In this document: in pieces, positions 40,020-53,477 of the stretch
Layout of the letters: every line of letters begins with the position of its first letter
Position numbering within the stretch: position 1 is the first letter of the stretch
NCBI RefSeq assembly: GCF_036321535.1
Contig: NC_087436.1
Location: 100,256,001-100,320,000, forward strand
DNA length: 64,000 nucleotides
Direction of reading: 5' to 3'
From: Camelus dromedarius
Lineage: Eukaryota
Notes under the pieces: model-generated
The model's database searches: none
Told to the model about the DNA's origin: nothing
What the model saw: the letters and a program-made list of their open reading frames with translations, nothing else
Translations under genes and position numbers: made by a program

Positions 40020-40792
40020 CAGATTTTGACAAACAATGGCCCTCTGGCCAGTTCCCTATTGTACAACTTGCAAGAATGGTTTCTATGTTTTTAAAAGTTT
40101 GCAAATAATCAAAGGAATAATGATATTTTGTGACTTGAAAATGAAATGAAACTCAAATTTCAGTATCTCTGTACTTTTGTGCTGCAACACCAGAAACTGG
40201 AGAACCAAAACTGTCTCCCCTACATGCAGCCAGGACACTGAGAATGTAAATGACACCTTATTGTCTACATTGACCCAAGTTTGCCAGTTCACTCTCTTCA
40301 TTTGCATACTTTCCCTTTTTCTGGAACCCTATGCCCAAGCAAATAGTTTGGTTGTTCATTACAGAATCTAAAAAAACTATCATCTTTTTGAGCAAAAATA
40401 TATCAACAAAGTTTGCCCCTGGAGATTCTTTGGGTTCCTCAGCTCAACTCCTCACCCTGCTGTTTTCCCCATTCCTGGAAGTCATCTCTCCCCTGTTCTA
40501 AAGTAAAAAGGGTCTCTCGGGGAAAGAGCTACCATAAACAAAGTTTCCAATTATCAACAGATTCAGACCTCACCTCCCTCCATCTGAATCACTGCCAGAG
40601 CTTTGCGGAGGTGGTGTTCTCTCTCACTGTGGTAAGCAATAAACTCAGTTTTGCCTTATCAACAGATTGTGTTGGTAATATTTAGGGAGACAGCTTTCAA
40701 CAATTTAGTAGTTGCCACATAGACCATATGGCTCATGAAGCCTAAAAAATGTACTAGCTGTCCCTTTACAGAAAAAAGTTTATCAACCTCTG
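40020..40792 (+). mobile_element. MER58B-like hAT (Charlie) DNA transposon, split by an LTR
   Basis: 'cagattttgacaaacaatggccc...aagaatggtttcta...actcaaatttcagt' and 'agtagttgccacatagaccatatggc...ccctttacagaaaaaagtttatcaacctctg'; CAG...CTG termini; degenerate 8-bp TSD ctctaaat/ttctatgt. Confidence 0.85.
40197..40702 (+). mobile_element. ERV1-type solo LTR nested in MER58B
   Basis: Ends 'gcaataaactcagttttgccttatcaacagattgtgttggtaatatttagggagacagctttcaaca' (AATAAA, U5, CA); 5' boundary approximate. Confidence 0.7.
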
Positions 40793-41238
40793 TTCTATGT
40801 GAATGATATTAGTTCCATTGTGATCTAAATGCCCAATTGAAACTCTTTTCAAAGGTGCGTTACTGGTTTATTGCTTCAGATTATAAAAGCCTCCTTCTTT
40901 GTGGATGCTAAAACAATTTCTGGGGAGGTAGTAGAGGTTAAGTGGTGGATCACAGATCACACTTTTCTGTAAAAGTGAACCTCTACATCTGATGTTTTAC
41001 CAGTTGAGGTAAAGTAGCCGCCTGGCTTTTGCCTGGTGGATAGTCCCTTCATGTCTTCCTGTATACAGAGTTTTTAGTAAAGGCAAAGATCATATTTTCT
41101 AAAAACTCTAAGAGTGTGATATCACTGCCACCAAAGTTTGGTGCCATCTTAGCAACACAGATAAAAATGTAGTGTAGTGGGTTATAGGACAAAGATGAGG
41201 TTTGCTTGCAGTCAGGATGTCTTACGTGCGTTTCCTTC

Positions 41239-41672
41239 TGGGGGGACATAAGAAGACCACCCAGATGAGACCAGCCTGTTTATTCAGAGCTGGCTTTAAG
41301 GAACAGCCACTGTCACTTGCATTTGGTTGAGACTCCAAGACTGTGGGGGGAGTGGCAAACCTTAATGATGGACAAAGGGGAAGGTATCAAGTGGGCTCTG
41401 AAGGTTGTTGGCCGGATCTGGGCTAGGTCAAAGCAGGGAGTGTTCTACGACTGGTTGGGGAACCTATTTGTCTTATTCTGGTTAGTTAGGTCCTGAGTTG
41501 GAGGTGGGGACAGGCAATAAGAAAGTTGCTGGGCATTGACTGCATCCTGATGACTGTGGACCACCTGCTGCAGAGGTGGTGGTTTGGCTTCTGGTTCCTG
41601 CCGAGGTTATGGGTCAGACTTCTATTTTCATATATGTTCTGGCCAATGTCCACTTGTACATCCAGATTCTCA
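41239..41672 (-). mobile_element. Solo ERV1-type LTR
   Basis: Minus strand starts TGAGAATCTGGATGTACAAGTGGACATTGGCCAGAACATATATGAAAATAGAAGTCTGACCCATAACC; minus-strand AATAAA near 41279-41284. Confidence 0.75.
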
Positions 41673-42519
41673 TTGCGCTTTCTCTTCTACACAGAAAAGG
41701 AATCCCACAGCCAATTCAACACCAAACTGTTTCCAGTTTTTCAAAGTTTTCCAGTTTCATTTTTTTCCGAGTTTTCATTTTAGATGTGATCACAGATTAT
41801 ACCTATGGGCTTGGTGTGCAGCTGCTCTTAGCACCCTGCCCCCAACACTTAAACAAAAGAGTTGCATTTTTCTTATTTTTTTCTGCATACCTTATTTACA
41901 TCTTTGGCCTGGACTACATTTTTATGCCTGGTTCTCAGTGCAAAGATTAGGAGGGTAGGAACCAATCCACACTCAGATTTACTACATTAATCTATTGTGG
42001 TCCCTGAATTGTAAAATAATCATAGTATATTTTATTTAGTATTGTAGAAATGGTTCAAAAGTAATTGTTGAATTCTCCCAGGATTACTATGTTCTGAGTG
42101 ATCTAAGAGAAAACTTGGGGAGGGGAGAACTTCTTCAATTGTGGAAAGACTGGGCTTAAAAAGGAATAACATCCTTAATTGCCTCCCTTAAATATATTCA
42201 GTTGAGGATGTAAATGATATTAAGTATCTTGAAAGGGAAAAATAAATACGTGGGGGAAAAAAAAAAACCTTCTCCAATGCCTTGAAAAAGGCCAAAAAAA
42301 AAAAAAAACCAAGAGTTTATATCCAAACTCTAACACTCTTAGAAGAGTTTCAGGCCCTGACCCCCATAGATCACACAGGGAAATTATAACTATTGAAAAA
42401 CCAAAAGAGAAAGAAAAATTGTTCATCAGAACACTGAAACCACAGTATAGTTTACTATTTTCTTGATTTATTGAGAAAGAGTATATTCTTTTTGTTAGGA
42501 AGCTAGATTTTCAATATGA

Positions 42520-42990
42520 AGCAAAAGAAGGAACATTTATATGTAAGAATTTATACACATATAGTCTTACCTAAACTGGATTGGAAATATTAGAAAAGCG
42601 TGCATTTAAAAATATGTCAATTAAAATTACATATTTTCTATCTCTATCTCCAGAAATGTCCTGGTAGTAAAACCATACAATGCACCGTAATGCACAGATT
42701 CTGGTCTCTAATCCTGTTTTCCTACCTGAAGGAACCAGAGTTCTTTGAAATAAAAGATGGCTAATTCAGTCTCTGGATTCAAAAGGTACAAGGTGAGTCT
42801 ATAACACTTTGTTGTACCGTAAAGCAAAGAAACTTTGAAAGATTAATGGGGTCATGTTGGAAGGACACAGGAGTCCATAAAAAGGGAGCTCCCACTGGCC
42901 AAACTTGAGACAATCTGAACATCTAAAGAAGACTGCTGGGAGAAGTTGCTGGATATACAACAAATTTGAAAAATCAAAAGTACATAAAAA
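42520..42990 (+). mobile_element. Ancient L1 (L1MC4-like) 3' UTR fragment
   Basis: 'aaggaaccagagttctttg...atggctaattc...gtacaaggtgagtct...ggggtcatgttggaaggacacaggag...agctcccactggccaaacttgagacaatctgaacatc'. Confidence 0.75.
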
Positions 42991-45749
42991 CCCAAACACA
43001 GAAAAACTGAACAATACCTTCGAAAAGAAGGTAACCAAATTGAATGTATTTCTGTTGAGTTATTTAATAATTCTAGTATTCTAACTTAATTTATTACATC
43101 AAAGAAGAAAAGAGAAATTCAATATAATTATATCAAGCATTTCTTAAGTCAAGACATTGTTAACAGAATGACCCAATATGTAGTGACCTCAGGTCAATCA
43201 AAAGTATCAAAACTTCAACTGGATATAATTTTAAGTCTCTTTAAGAATTATATAATCCTGATAATAAGAAAGCATTCATTATTTCACTGATTCCAATAAT
43301 TAATTTTTTTCTTAGAATCTCATTCAGTTCCAGAGTTAGAAGAAGACTTACTTATCTTAAGAACCAACCAATGTGTGCAGAACAATAATTTATTAGGTAA
43401 TTAGGTAAGGTTTATAATTTGAATCTAGGGAAATTGGGTAAGTAGTCTTCATTCTCCTGGTGAAATTACATAATCAAAAATAACAAAATATAAGTCTCAA
43501 CAGATCCCATCTTCTTTATAAACTAGTATGTAAGCAGTTTTCCTATTAGTAGCAGATAAAGGCAATTGCCAAAAAAAGAAAAAAAAAAAGAAAGAAAGAA
43601 TAAAAAAGCAAGTTGCATCTGTATTTAGTTAAGAAGCTCTCCAATCGTCACAATAAACGTAGGCTGCAGACAAAGAGATGAAGAGAGACAAGCTCCATGA
43701 TGGGTTAAACTCCTTTGCAGGCCATTATCACCCATTAAGACCATTACCACCATTTCAGGGCATTACTGTGACATGTAAGATCACAGTTGCTCTCTTCTTT
43801 GACTATTCCCTTAAGCGTGAGCTCCCAGGCTGCCAACACTGGAGGAGATTAGTTTGTAGAAAACAATTATGGAGAAAGAACTGCCTGGAACAACCACTTC
43901 GATATTGTCATCAAAACCAGGTGAGCCTGCTTCTCCTGAAAATCGCAGAGGGCACTTTAATCCCTGAAAGCTTGAAGGCAGCTAAACGGGAAGGGAAAAG
44001 AGGGGTACCTCATAGCATCTACAATCGACTGATGAAAACCACAATAAAGTCTGGAAAAACAGCATGGAGCTGGAGACACACATCTTCAGGATTAGCGTTA
44101 GTGTCAGGATTAGAGCCACTTGGCTAACATTGACAGCAGCAAGCATTTCGTCCTTGTGTTGCTTTGGATGGCATTTTGCTGGTATGCGGTGGAAAGATTT
44201 GCTTTCCTTACCAATCACCTTTTCTGTCTCCTTCGAATATCTCTTACAGTGATGATGAATAATCACAATTCCCAGACAGGCATCATCATGGTCTGATGTG
44301 TATGTGTGTATGTAAATATCTATGTATATATATGGTTTTAAATATGTGGATGTATACATAAACACATGGGAGGAATACTGAGGAAAACCAATGCCCTCCT
44401 AAACAAAAATGGTTATGTTTAAAAAGTAATAAAGTCAATTGAAAAATAACCAAACAAAACTTAACACTTTATCCCATCAAAGTCATACTACCTCAACTTT
44501 TGAACAGATAGTGTAACTCTTTTTCTTTCCAAAAGACATTTATTTTCAAATAAATGATAACTTTACTCCTCATGGTTTAAAATAAACTTTAATTTAGTTT
44601 ATTTACTTGTTAATCTAAGAATCTCCCTCATCTGTGAATCCCAAAACAATTTCTGGAAAGGAAACAGGGATGGAGGTATAAAAATCCTAAGTTGTAATCA
44701 TGAATCAAAAAGAACCCACGAAGCTAGTATGCTTAAAACAAAGGTGAAGTACACCCCGATTCTGGTTGGTAGATGCTCCTCTTATTTCTTCCCACTGGCA
44801 GACTTTTAATAAATAGCTAGAGTCATATTTTTAATTAAAAATGATAATTATCAATGGATATTCTTATTTCCACAACAATTGTCAATACAGACACCTCAAT
44901 ATTTTCAGAAAGACTGCCAGAATATGGGACCAGAATCTAAAAATAGACAATCAACAAGGAAATAAACTACCATGAACGATAGTTAGCAAGCACAAATAGA
45001 CTTCAAAAACTTTACATATTAAAATTAGAAAGGCTAAGTTACAGGTTAGATACATAAGCAAAAAAGGATAATTGAAGTGAAGATTTAAATTGGATGCTTA
45101 TGTTTATTTTAGAACTATACCAACAAAAATTAGGATTAAATGTAAGTATGGGTCAACTCAGATTATTTGTTCCAGACCCTCACAGACACACTCAGGGATG
45201 AAAGGACGGAAAAAGGAGAAGAGAGATTTATGGTTTTGAAGTATAGTATATGTGAAGAAGTAAGTATGTTTTCTGTACAATATATTATGAAACACTATAT
45301 TCTATTTTATTTTATTTTAGTGCTAGAAAAAGAAAATTATTTGTGATTTCATAAATATATTTTACAACCTGTTATATCGGTTACTACTGGTATTTGGAAA
45401 ACACTCCCTTTTTACAAAATTTCCAATTTTGAACCACATAAATGAATAATCTATTCCTAATATGAACAAGTTCATATGAATATGAATATGATCAAATCGC
45501 AGAAAGATCTGTTCAGTAAGAATGTTCTTTCTGATTATTTTCATATATGTATAGTACCTTGCTAAGATAAAGTATTCTAAAATTCGCTGATATTCTCAAT
45601 ACCGAAAAATACTGCAAATATAAATGTTCAATAATTGGATGATAGTAAGAATATACATTTCAATTTTCAAAATTAATTTTTCTAATTAAATATGAAATAA
45701 AAAAATCAAAATATCTAAGAGTCGATGAACATTCCAGAATTTGGCTGTG

Positions 45750-46070
45750 TGTGGCAGAGATTATTGTTTTCCAATATTTACTTTCACTTCCATGAATTTA
45801 GTTCAGCATTGGATTTTTGCTATCAAGATGCCCAGGCCTTATAAAAAATAATTTACAGACTCTCTTGAAGCTAAGTTTTACCATTTGACTAATATCTGAC
45901 CAATAGCATGTAAATAGTTATAGTGTGTCAGATTTGTGTTGTATCAGAGTGTGGATGTAAACCACCTATCTGTACTTCTACATGAGAAAATGTAAACTGC
46001 TATTTTGTGTAAGCTGTCAATTTTTTTTCTGTTCATTTATTACAGAAGTTAAACCTTATTCTTACTTATA
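45750..46070 (+). mobile_element. MaLR LTR (MLT1J-like), degenerate
   Basis: 'tgtggcagagatt...tttacagactctcttgaagctaag...ccatttgactaatatctgaccaatagcatgtaaa...catgagaaaatgtaaactgctattttgtgtaagc'. Confidence 0.6.
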
Positions 46071-46159
46071 AACTTGAAACTTGTTAAAGTATATCCACAG
46101 CTGTGAAAATACATTTGTTTGAGGCAAATCAAACTAATGATCTTTAAAATCAGATGTAC

Positions 46160-46326
46160 TTAAGCAATTAGCATCTCTAAGCCTCAAATCTCTCATTTAT
46201 TAAAAAAAAAGTATAAGAGCATAATTGACTCATGGGATTATTGTAAAGATTAATGGTCTAATCTAAAACATTTATTAATGAAATTATTTGTCCACAGTAA
46301 ATTCACAATAAATGTTAGCTACTATC
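46160..46326 (+). mobile_element. MIR SINE 3' half
   Basis: 'tctctaagcctcaaatctctcatttattaaaa...ctcatgggattattgtaaagattaa...cacagtaaattcacaataaatgttagctactat'. Confidence 0.7.
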
Positions 46327-46449
46327 ATATCATAAACTGCAATAATCAAAGTGGTTTTAAACTTGAACAACACAATTTAAATTGCCTATGTACTATTTCA
46401 CATAACATTAAATCACAAAACATCCAAAACTCACCATGAAGCATTTGAC

Positions 46450-46990
46450 TTGTACAAAAATACTCAATTTCAAGAAAACTTTTAAATAGTACTCAGAAAC
46501 ACTTACATAAGTTGGTGTTTATCTTCTACTTTTTAATATTTTTGTGTGAAGATACACATTTTCCTAACAATCTGAATACTTTTCTTCTTCATATACTTTA
46601 AATATTCTCGTATTCATTTGTTTCAAAAATAGATTTTTAATAGCTACAGAGTATCTTGCTATTATAAATATTTATTTGCCCAGTTGTAAATCATTCCTTT
46701 GGACTACCTATTTTTTTCAGTGTTATAAATAATGATTCAGCATACCTTTTATATGTAAATGTAGACACATTTATGATTATATGCTTAAGATGAATTTCTA
46801 ATAAAGGAAGTACTGTGTCAAAGAATACAAACAATTTCTATATATTCAAATAAACCTTGTCCTATTTCACTCACAAATTTTGAACCAAGTTATACTTCAA
46901 ACATGGTATGAAGATTTTTTTCCTGCACACATGCCAGCACTAAGACTTCATCCCAAACACTTGATAGAGAAATGCTTTTTCATTTTAACA
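46450..46990 (-). mobile_element. Ancient L1ME-type fragment
   Basis: 'tttttaatagctacagagtatc...gttataaataatgattcagcatacc...aggaagtactgtgtcaaagaata...tttttcctgcacacatgccagcac' resembles an old L1 3' region in reverse. Confidence 0.55.
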
Positions 46991-48479
46991 CAATGAAACT
47001 CAAAGTTACACTTTATATAGTTTATTACAGCAGTTGATAAAAACTGAATAAAATATTCCTAGACTCAGAAGTGTTTGATTCATAGTAATCATTTGATACA
47101 TACATGTTGAGTGAATTCCACAGCTTTAAAGACATAAAGTATAAATTGTTGCATTGCCTAATAATCCTTAATCTCTTCAAAATGAATTGTTGAATAACAT
47201 AGATTAATATAAATTAAACTCTCCTGGCATTAATCTTAGTGGATTTCAAATTCACTATTATCAATATCAAGAAAGTGTTTATGAAATAATTAAGAAAAGC
47301 TTTTTATCTTGTGATATATTGGTTAGTTTTGTAAGATGATTTACTAATATGTTTTTATATCTTTGACATATCATTTTGGCTTCCATCTTTATAACTGACA
47401 TAATAGAGTTTCAAGAATATTCTTTGAGATATAGGAATAAAGCATATCTCAGTATGCTATTTCACTTTAACTTCTACAAAATGTAATGAGGATCAGAGAG
47501 AGTCTTTTAAGTTTTGAGGAAACATCTCTGTTTATACTCTGAAATCCTATGAGTTTTATTCACAGAATAGCAAAATATTAAGAAAGCCTGAAACATATAC
47601 TTAATATATTTCAGTGCTTTACCCACCAAAAGAGAAAAACCCCAAAGTAAATATGTTCTCACACAGGAAGGAAGTTAGACTGGTAATATGCTGTAATATA
47701 AATAAAGTATTTCACTATAGATTAATTCCATTAATTTAATTATGCATGCAACAAACTTTTTGAGTATGCCAATGTGGAGGTTGTTCAACACATTCCCTGC
47801 AACAAGTTTTATTTCTTATCATTTCAAGATTACTCAGAAGTTATTCCTCAAGGAGCCACAAAGACAAGGCAAAAGGAAAGAACTGAGTTGTTCACATACC
47901 TTGGAGGATCCATACACATATACATATGTATATACGATATATGAGTTTGTTAAAACTCCACATCATTTACCAACTTGGTTTAAGTTACAATCCTAGAGTT
48001 AAGAGAAAAAATATTAAAAAGATATTTCTACTTGCTAAAGATTGGGAATATTGGGACTGGAGTGGTAAGGGGACTAGAGTGAAGCTAATTTTTAAGCATC
48101 CCCCGATGAATCAGTTCTGCCAGCTAACATGAGAGACTAGCAACCCAGTCCACAAACCCTGACCCTGCCTTGAAGGCTTGACCTGCTTTTATTACCTTAC
48201 TTGTAGGTATGATTAGACAGTGTTTTTATAACTATTATTATTTTTTTTATTAGGCAGTCTTATATTGCCAGAGATGTGAGGAATGCCAACAATGGGAAGG
48301 TGAGAAACTGGAGATTAAATGTGAAAGAAGGCAAAGCTAATATCCAGGGAGATGGTAAAAATACTTTTTCAGAAGGAAAATTTTCCTGTTGTCCTAAAGA
48401 AAAAAGTCTAGGAGAAATGTCTTTAATGAAAACAAAACCAAAAAACAAATAAGTAAGCAAAAGTAAACACTGACAGAAA

Positions 48480-48911
48480 TGTTGGGATATAGTTTTCTAT
48501 AGGTCTTTTGTCTTTCTTGCTAGAAAGGCACAGATGCTTTGTTCTGGATTGTCTCTTCAAGGATGTTTCCATTATGTACAGCCTTGAACCACAGGGACAG
48601 TGATTCCTTTCAGAGTAAAGGACAGGCATGCTTACTGCCGTTCTCTAAGCCCTAGATACCCATCCTGTAACACATCCCATTGTGCGTGCAAGTGTCATCT
48701 AGCTTCTTGGCATCACCTTGTGGGAACTGGAGATCAGTGACAAAGTGTGAAATACTTACCCTCTGGCTACTTCTACTGCTAGGAGTAATAAACAGTCCTT
48801 CATCTCTGACCCCAATAGTCTGTGTCTTACATCAACCACCACACAACTTGGCTGCCTCACCTGTTAGCTTACACGTAGAGTAAAATTTCATAGCCTTCAG
48901 CCTTTTTGACA
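48480..48911 (+). mobile_element. ERVL-class solo LTR (MER54/MER74 group)
   Basis: TGTTGGGA start, 'ctttgttctggattgtctcttcaaggatgttt', 'ctctggctacttctactgctaggagtaataaa', 'gttagcttacacgtagagtaaaatttca...ttgaca' end. Confidence 0.8.
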
Positions 48912-49144
48912 GAACCATGATGGATTTTGCCATGTGTTTGAGTGTACTGGGACTTTCTGATGTTTGACAAGGAATTTGGGGATGGATTAATGATAGATGC
49001 AAAACTATCTAAACAAAGACATAAATATCAGGGATTTTCTTTTAACTTCAAAAGAAAACATATTGTACAAATTTTATACCATATTACTCTACTAGTTGGC
49101 CAGTAACATATAGTATTTATATAGTTATTAGAATTAAAAGACAG

Positions 49145-49425
49145 TGTACGGGGCAGAATTGTGTCCCTAACCAGATATATTGAAGTACCTATGAATCACA
49201 CATTATTTTAAAGTAAAGTCTTTGCAAATGTGATCAGGTTAGAATGGGGTTATACTGCTTTACAGTGGGTGCCAATCCAATGCTGGTATTCTTATAAGGG
49301 GAAAACTTGGACACAGGCAAAGAAGAGCACACACAAGACTTGATGAGACAACAGAGGTAAACATTGACTGGTGTGTCTACATGCCAAGCATCACTGTCAA
49401 CTGTCAGAGCTGGGAAGCAGTTCAG
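49145..49425 (+). mobile_element. MaLR LTR (MLT1B/C-like), 5' part
   Basis: 'tgtacggggcagaattgtgtccc...gtctttgcaaatgtgatcaggttag...aatccaatgctggtattcttataagggg...tctacatgccaag'. Confidence 0.75.
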
Positions 49426-52366
49426 ATCAGTTCCATGCACAGCATTAGCTTTCCTTAATAATTATGCAATTTTACCACTATCACGTATAAACTGTATGAT
49501 ATCTTTTGAGGATCAGAGTGTGGATTTTCATTAAGTAATAGATTCAATTCATGCTGTGATAATGAAGTGAATTTGGAAAAATGAAGTTCTAGTAGTATTT
49601 TAATAAGAATTACCTAATGTGTTTATCTGTACTGAAGTTTGCAGTAAAATTCTGAAATAGAGCTGCTTTAAGAAATTATCTCTTAGAATTAAAATAATAA
49701 ATTTCTAAAATCAATGTAACAAATATCTCATTCTCCAGTGTGGTAATATTCTATATTTCTCTTCTTCTTCCACCTTCACGTTTCATGTCTTCCTTCTCTT
49801 CTTTTATCCCTTTTATCACTGTTATTATTATTGCTACTATTATTATTTTACATCATGGATCCTAATGTGCTGTTGTGGATGGAATCAATTCTCAATATGA
49901 GTTCACCCACTTATTCACTGCAAGTCATGACTTTAACAAAATTATGCATTAAATGGTTGAATATCATGTTTAATGCACAACTATTGGTTACTTGATACCA
50001 ATTTTTAATATTATACACACTCTGTCTCCATCTAAATATCTCAACTAATTAATGGACAACCAATTGTTTTCATTCAAGTAAAATTACTTTTTATCTAATT
50101 ATTAATTCTTTTCTTTAAATGTTGTAGTTTCTTTTCAGATTGAATGTTAAAATCCTGATCTGCATAAAGGTGGTCAACAATGAATAGTATTAGGAAACAA
50201 CATCTGAAAAATTGTCAAACTAAAATCTCTATAATTATTTTCTGATAACATTGATTTATACAAATCCTAAAAGATATACTGTTATTAGGACCCTGGTAAT
50301 CTTTAAAATCCTGGCATAATTCCAGTCTCGAAATTTCTTGGTTCTATTTCAACCCTGAATTATACAAACTAATGGGAAAGCAGCTTAGGAATGTTTTTTA
50401 CAAATTCCCTCTAATTTGCTATTTCATAAAAAAATCTGATTTTTATAGATTTATAGGGAAAAAATCATCATAAAGCATCCTTGATAATTTTACTGTTTTC
50501 AATTTCTGAGAGCTCACACTTTGGATTATCATTTTTTATGTGTTAGGGTTATGGATGTGAATATTTTTAAAAATATTATTCACATTTTGGGAATTTTTGA
50601 TGATTAGGGACATAGTATTTCACTAATGTCTCAAACTTACATTTATTAACTTAATTTTATTACACAATTATGTATTTATTGATTATATAATTTGTTACCA
50701 AGTGTTATGGAGTTTCAGGCTGTGACCGTCTAGATTGCTTAAATTTCTGCAGTTTTTAAAGAGTATATTTTAACAGTCATTAATTACAATTGACTGTGAC
50801 TACTGTTTTGCACTTTTACAAATGATAATGTATTACAATTTGTAATTTAGTTCATCTTCTATGTTACTCAGGGAATATCCTGCTCACCTCCAGATAAAAC
50901 ATGACTGTTTGGCTCAGAGTGAAAGAATAACTGTGCAATCCCGTTTCTTAAGGAAATTTGTATTAATATTAATTCTCGATTTCTTGTAAAGACTCTGGTT
51001 TCCAAGAACTCCTTTAGTAATGTAATGTCAGATAAATTCATTTCTGCCGGAAGTAGAAAGTTTTGAAAACCAGTAATTAGCCAGACTATACTTTTTCAAC
51101 TGATTCAAACACACAAAAAAATGTGGAAATGATGTTACAATCTTTAAGCTATCCAATTAAGACAAAGTGACTAAGAGTAGAAAGGAGTGTATTCCAAAAC
51201 TGATTCTAAAAATAGACCTATAATAAATACTTTTGTGTGGAGTTTTCCACGTATATGAGATCTTGGCCAATAATGGTAAAAGCATAATCAAACTGTACTC
51301 TGTTCTTGTTTTTTTGTTTTGTTGTTTTGTTTTGTTTTGTTTCTCTTTAATTCTGTTACCTTCTTTCCTTGTAACCAACAAAAGCAACCATTATCCACTG
51401 TGTGTGAAGTCCATTGCTCCACTCTTCATCAAACTTATTACATACACACTTCATATTTCTTTCTCATACTTTTCTTTAATATATTATAGGATATTTATAA
51501 TTTACATAATTTTCTATTGGAATTTAATACATTGTGGTGTATTGTCATATATAATTTTATATATTGATATAGGATAAGAAAGTGTCCATGTAGTACCCCC
51601 TTAAGCCCTTCATTTATAATTTTATGGTAGTATCTGTTTCAATTTAAATACATTAGATTAAATGTAACTTCCTTGGGACAAATTTCTGGCGAGGCAGAAT
51701 GATTATCAGACATAATTAAATATATTATGTACAAGCATTCTTGTATTTTCGATATCTTGCAGTCATTGAAAAAATGTGGAGCCTAAACTAAACTCAGTAG
51801 TAGACCCAAGGAGATATGAGGCTATTAAATCAGCCAGGGGACGGAACAGAAGGAAGCCAGTCTACTAAAAGGCTGCTAAGCTACAGAAAGACACACTGAA
51901 GGCATGGTCACAGATTACATTGTGGCCTTAATGGTCTTGATTTTGTTCCAATGAAAGAAATATACCTAAACCTCCCCCCAAATAAATAAAATTTAAAAAG
52001 GATATATTTGCAATGAACAGTGGGGTGAAAGCCATATTGTGGAGTAGGGAAAGGATGGAAATAGAAGTTCAAGCAGTTTGACAGTGAACAAATTTCTTTC
52101 CTCATTCCCTTTAGGGATAAAGTGCATATCCTTGGGATGACTGGAAATTTAGTCATAGAATAAAATGAAACTAACTGGGTCAGAAGAAAAAAGGGTTTAA
52201 AATTTATTCATACTAAAGCATCAATGACTGACATAGATGACCTGTCCCTAGAACATTTATGTTTTAGGAGAAAATAATAAATATTAAGTCAAAGGTAACA
52301 AACAAACAAACACTTAATTTTGAGATGTTAAGAATCAGCAAAAAAAAGAGGGGATTAAAAAAAGAA

Positions 52367-52384
52367 GCAGCAGCAGCAGCAGCA
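52367..52384. repeat. (GCA)6 trinucleotide repeat
   Basis: Seen directly. Confidence 0.9.
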
Positions 52385-53395
52385 TTCTGCTTGTCAACAA
52401 ATATTTTCCATGAAGGGCAAAGACTGTTTATGTTTTTCTGAATTTTGATGAGAAGATCAAGTACAAACATGATTATGGTACAAAAAGAAAATAGGCTTCT
52501 CCAATATGGCAAGAATCCCCCTTGCACAGACCACAGCACCAGCTGCTCTGTACATACATTACAGACTTTGGAGTCCAAAGAAAGCTATCGAGAGGACCAA
52601 TTAGGAACTTAAATGAAGGCAAATCTTTCTTTGAAAGCTCTATGAAAAGAATTATTTTCTGTTATGCCAATCATACCTATAAGTAGTTACATTCTTCTAA
52701 AATGGTTTACTCCTAATATGGTACAAAATGGGGTGGAGGGTTGAATGCGTCCTAAAGTCCCATGATCTCAGATTCTTTCACGTAAAGGAAGATCCAGAGG
52801 GAGAGAAGTCGTCTAGTGGATGTTGGACATAATGGGAAGAGGTTGTTGGATGAATCACAGAAATGACTGACCTTCTTGACTGGGAAACAGTTCCAGATGC
52901 TATCATGATAAACATGTATTAGGTTGCTAATCTCTGAGGATGAGAATTTGAGAACCATGTTTCAAATCTTCATGATAATTATTGAGATAGGCTGCACTGA
53001 GGGGTTACAGTGCTACAACCACCTGAAATGGTTAACATCCCTTTAAATGAATTTAATACTTGTATGAGAAATCTCCCTATCTTATTAACTTTATTGTTTT
53101 TTAATATGGAATAATTACAGAAGCAGTAATAGAGTTTAGCTGATTATTACATTAATTATTTGTATGGAACATATTACATAATTGCTAAATCACACTGGCA
53201 ATGAAAAATGCATGTAATTTTTTATTAAATTTTATGAGTTTTTTCTCCCACTTTCACAGAAGATAGCATGTTGTATTTTACTGTTTAGCCCATCTACTTA
53301 CCTAATTACCAAATATATGTTTCATTCCAAAAAGTTTTGAGTGAATTGCCTGATATATAGTCTTTTCAAATTTATTATAAATTTATGCATGATTG

Positions 53396-53477
53396 ATTTT
53401 ATTATTTATTAATAATTTTATTATTTATTATTTAATAACAAATCTTATTATTTATTATTTATTTAATAATAAATTTT
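53396..53477. repeat. Extreme AT low-complexity tract (TTA/TTTA-rich)
   Basis: 82 bp with only two C and no G. Confidence 0.9.

Noticed and set aside
41526..41958. Three overlapping ORFs of 85-124 aa
   Set aside because: They overlap an LTR and T-rich sequence; the low-complexity Phe/Leu-rich translations are typical of non-coding DNA.
52367..52384. (GCA)6 as a polyQ/polyA coding tract
   Set aside because: Short, in A-rich non-coding context, with no exon signals.
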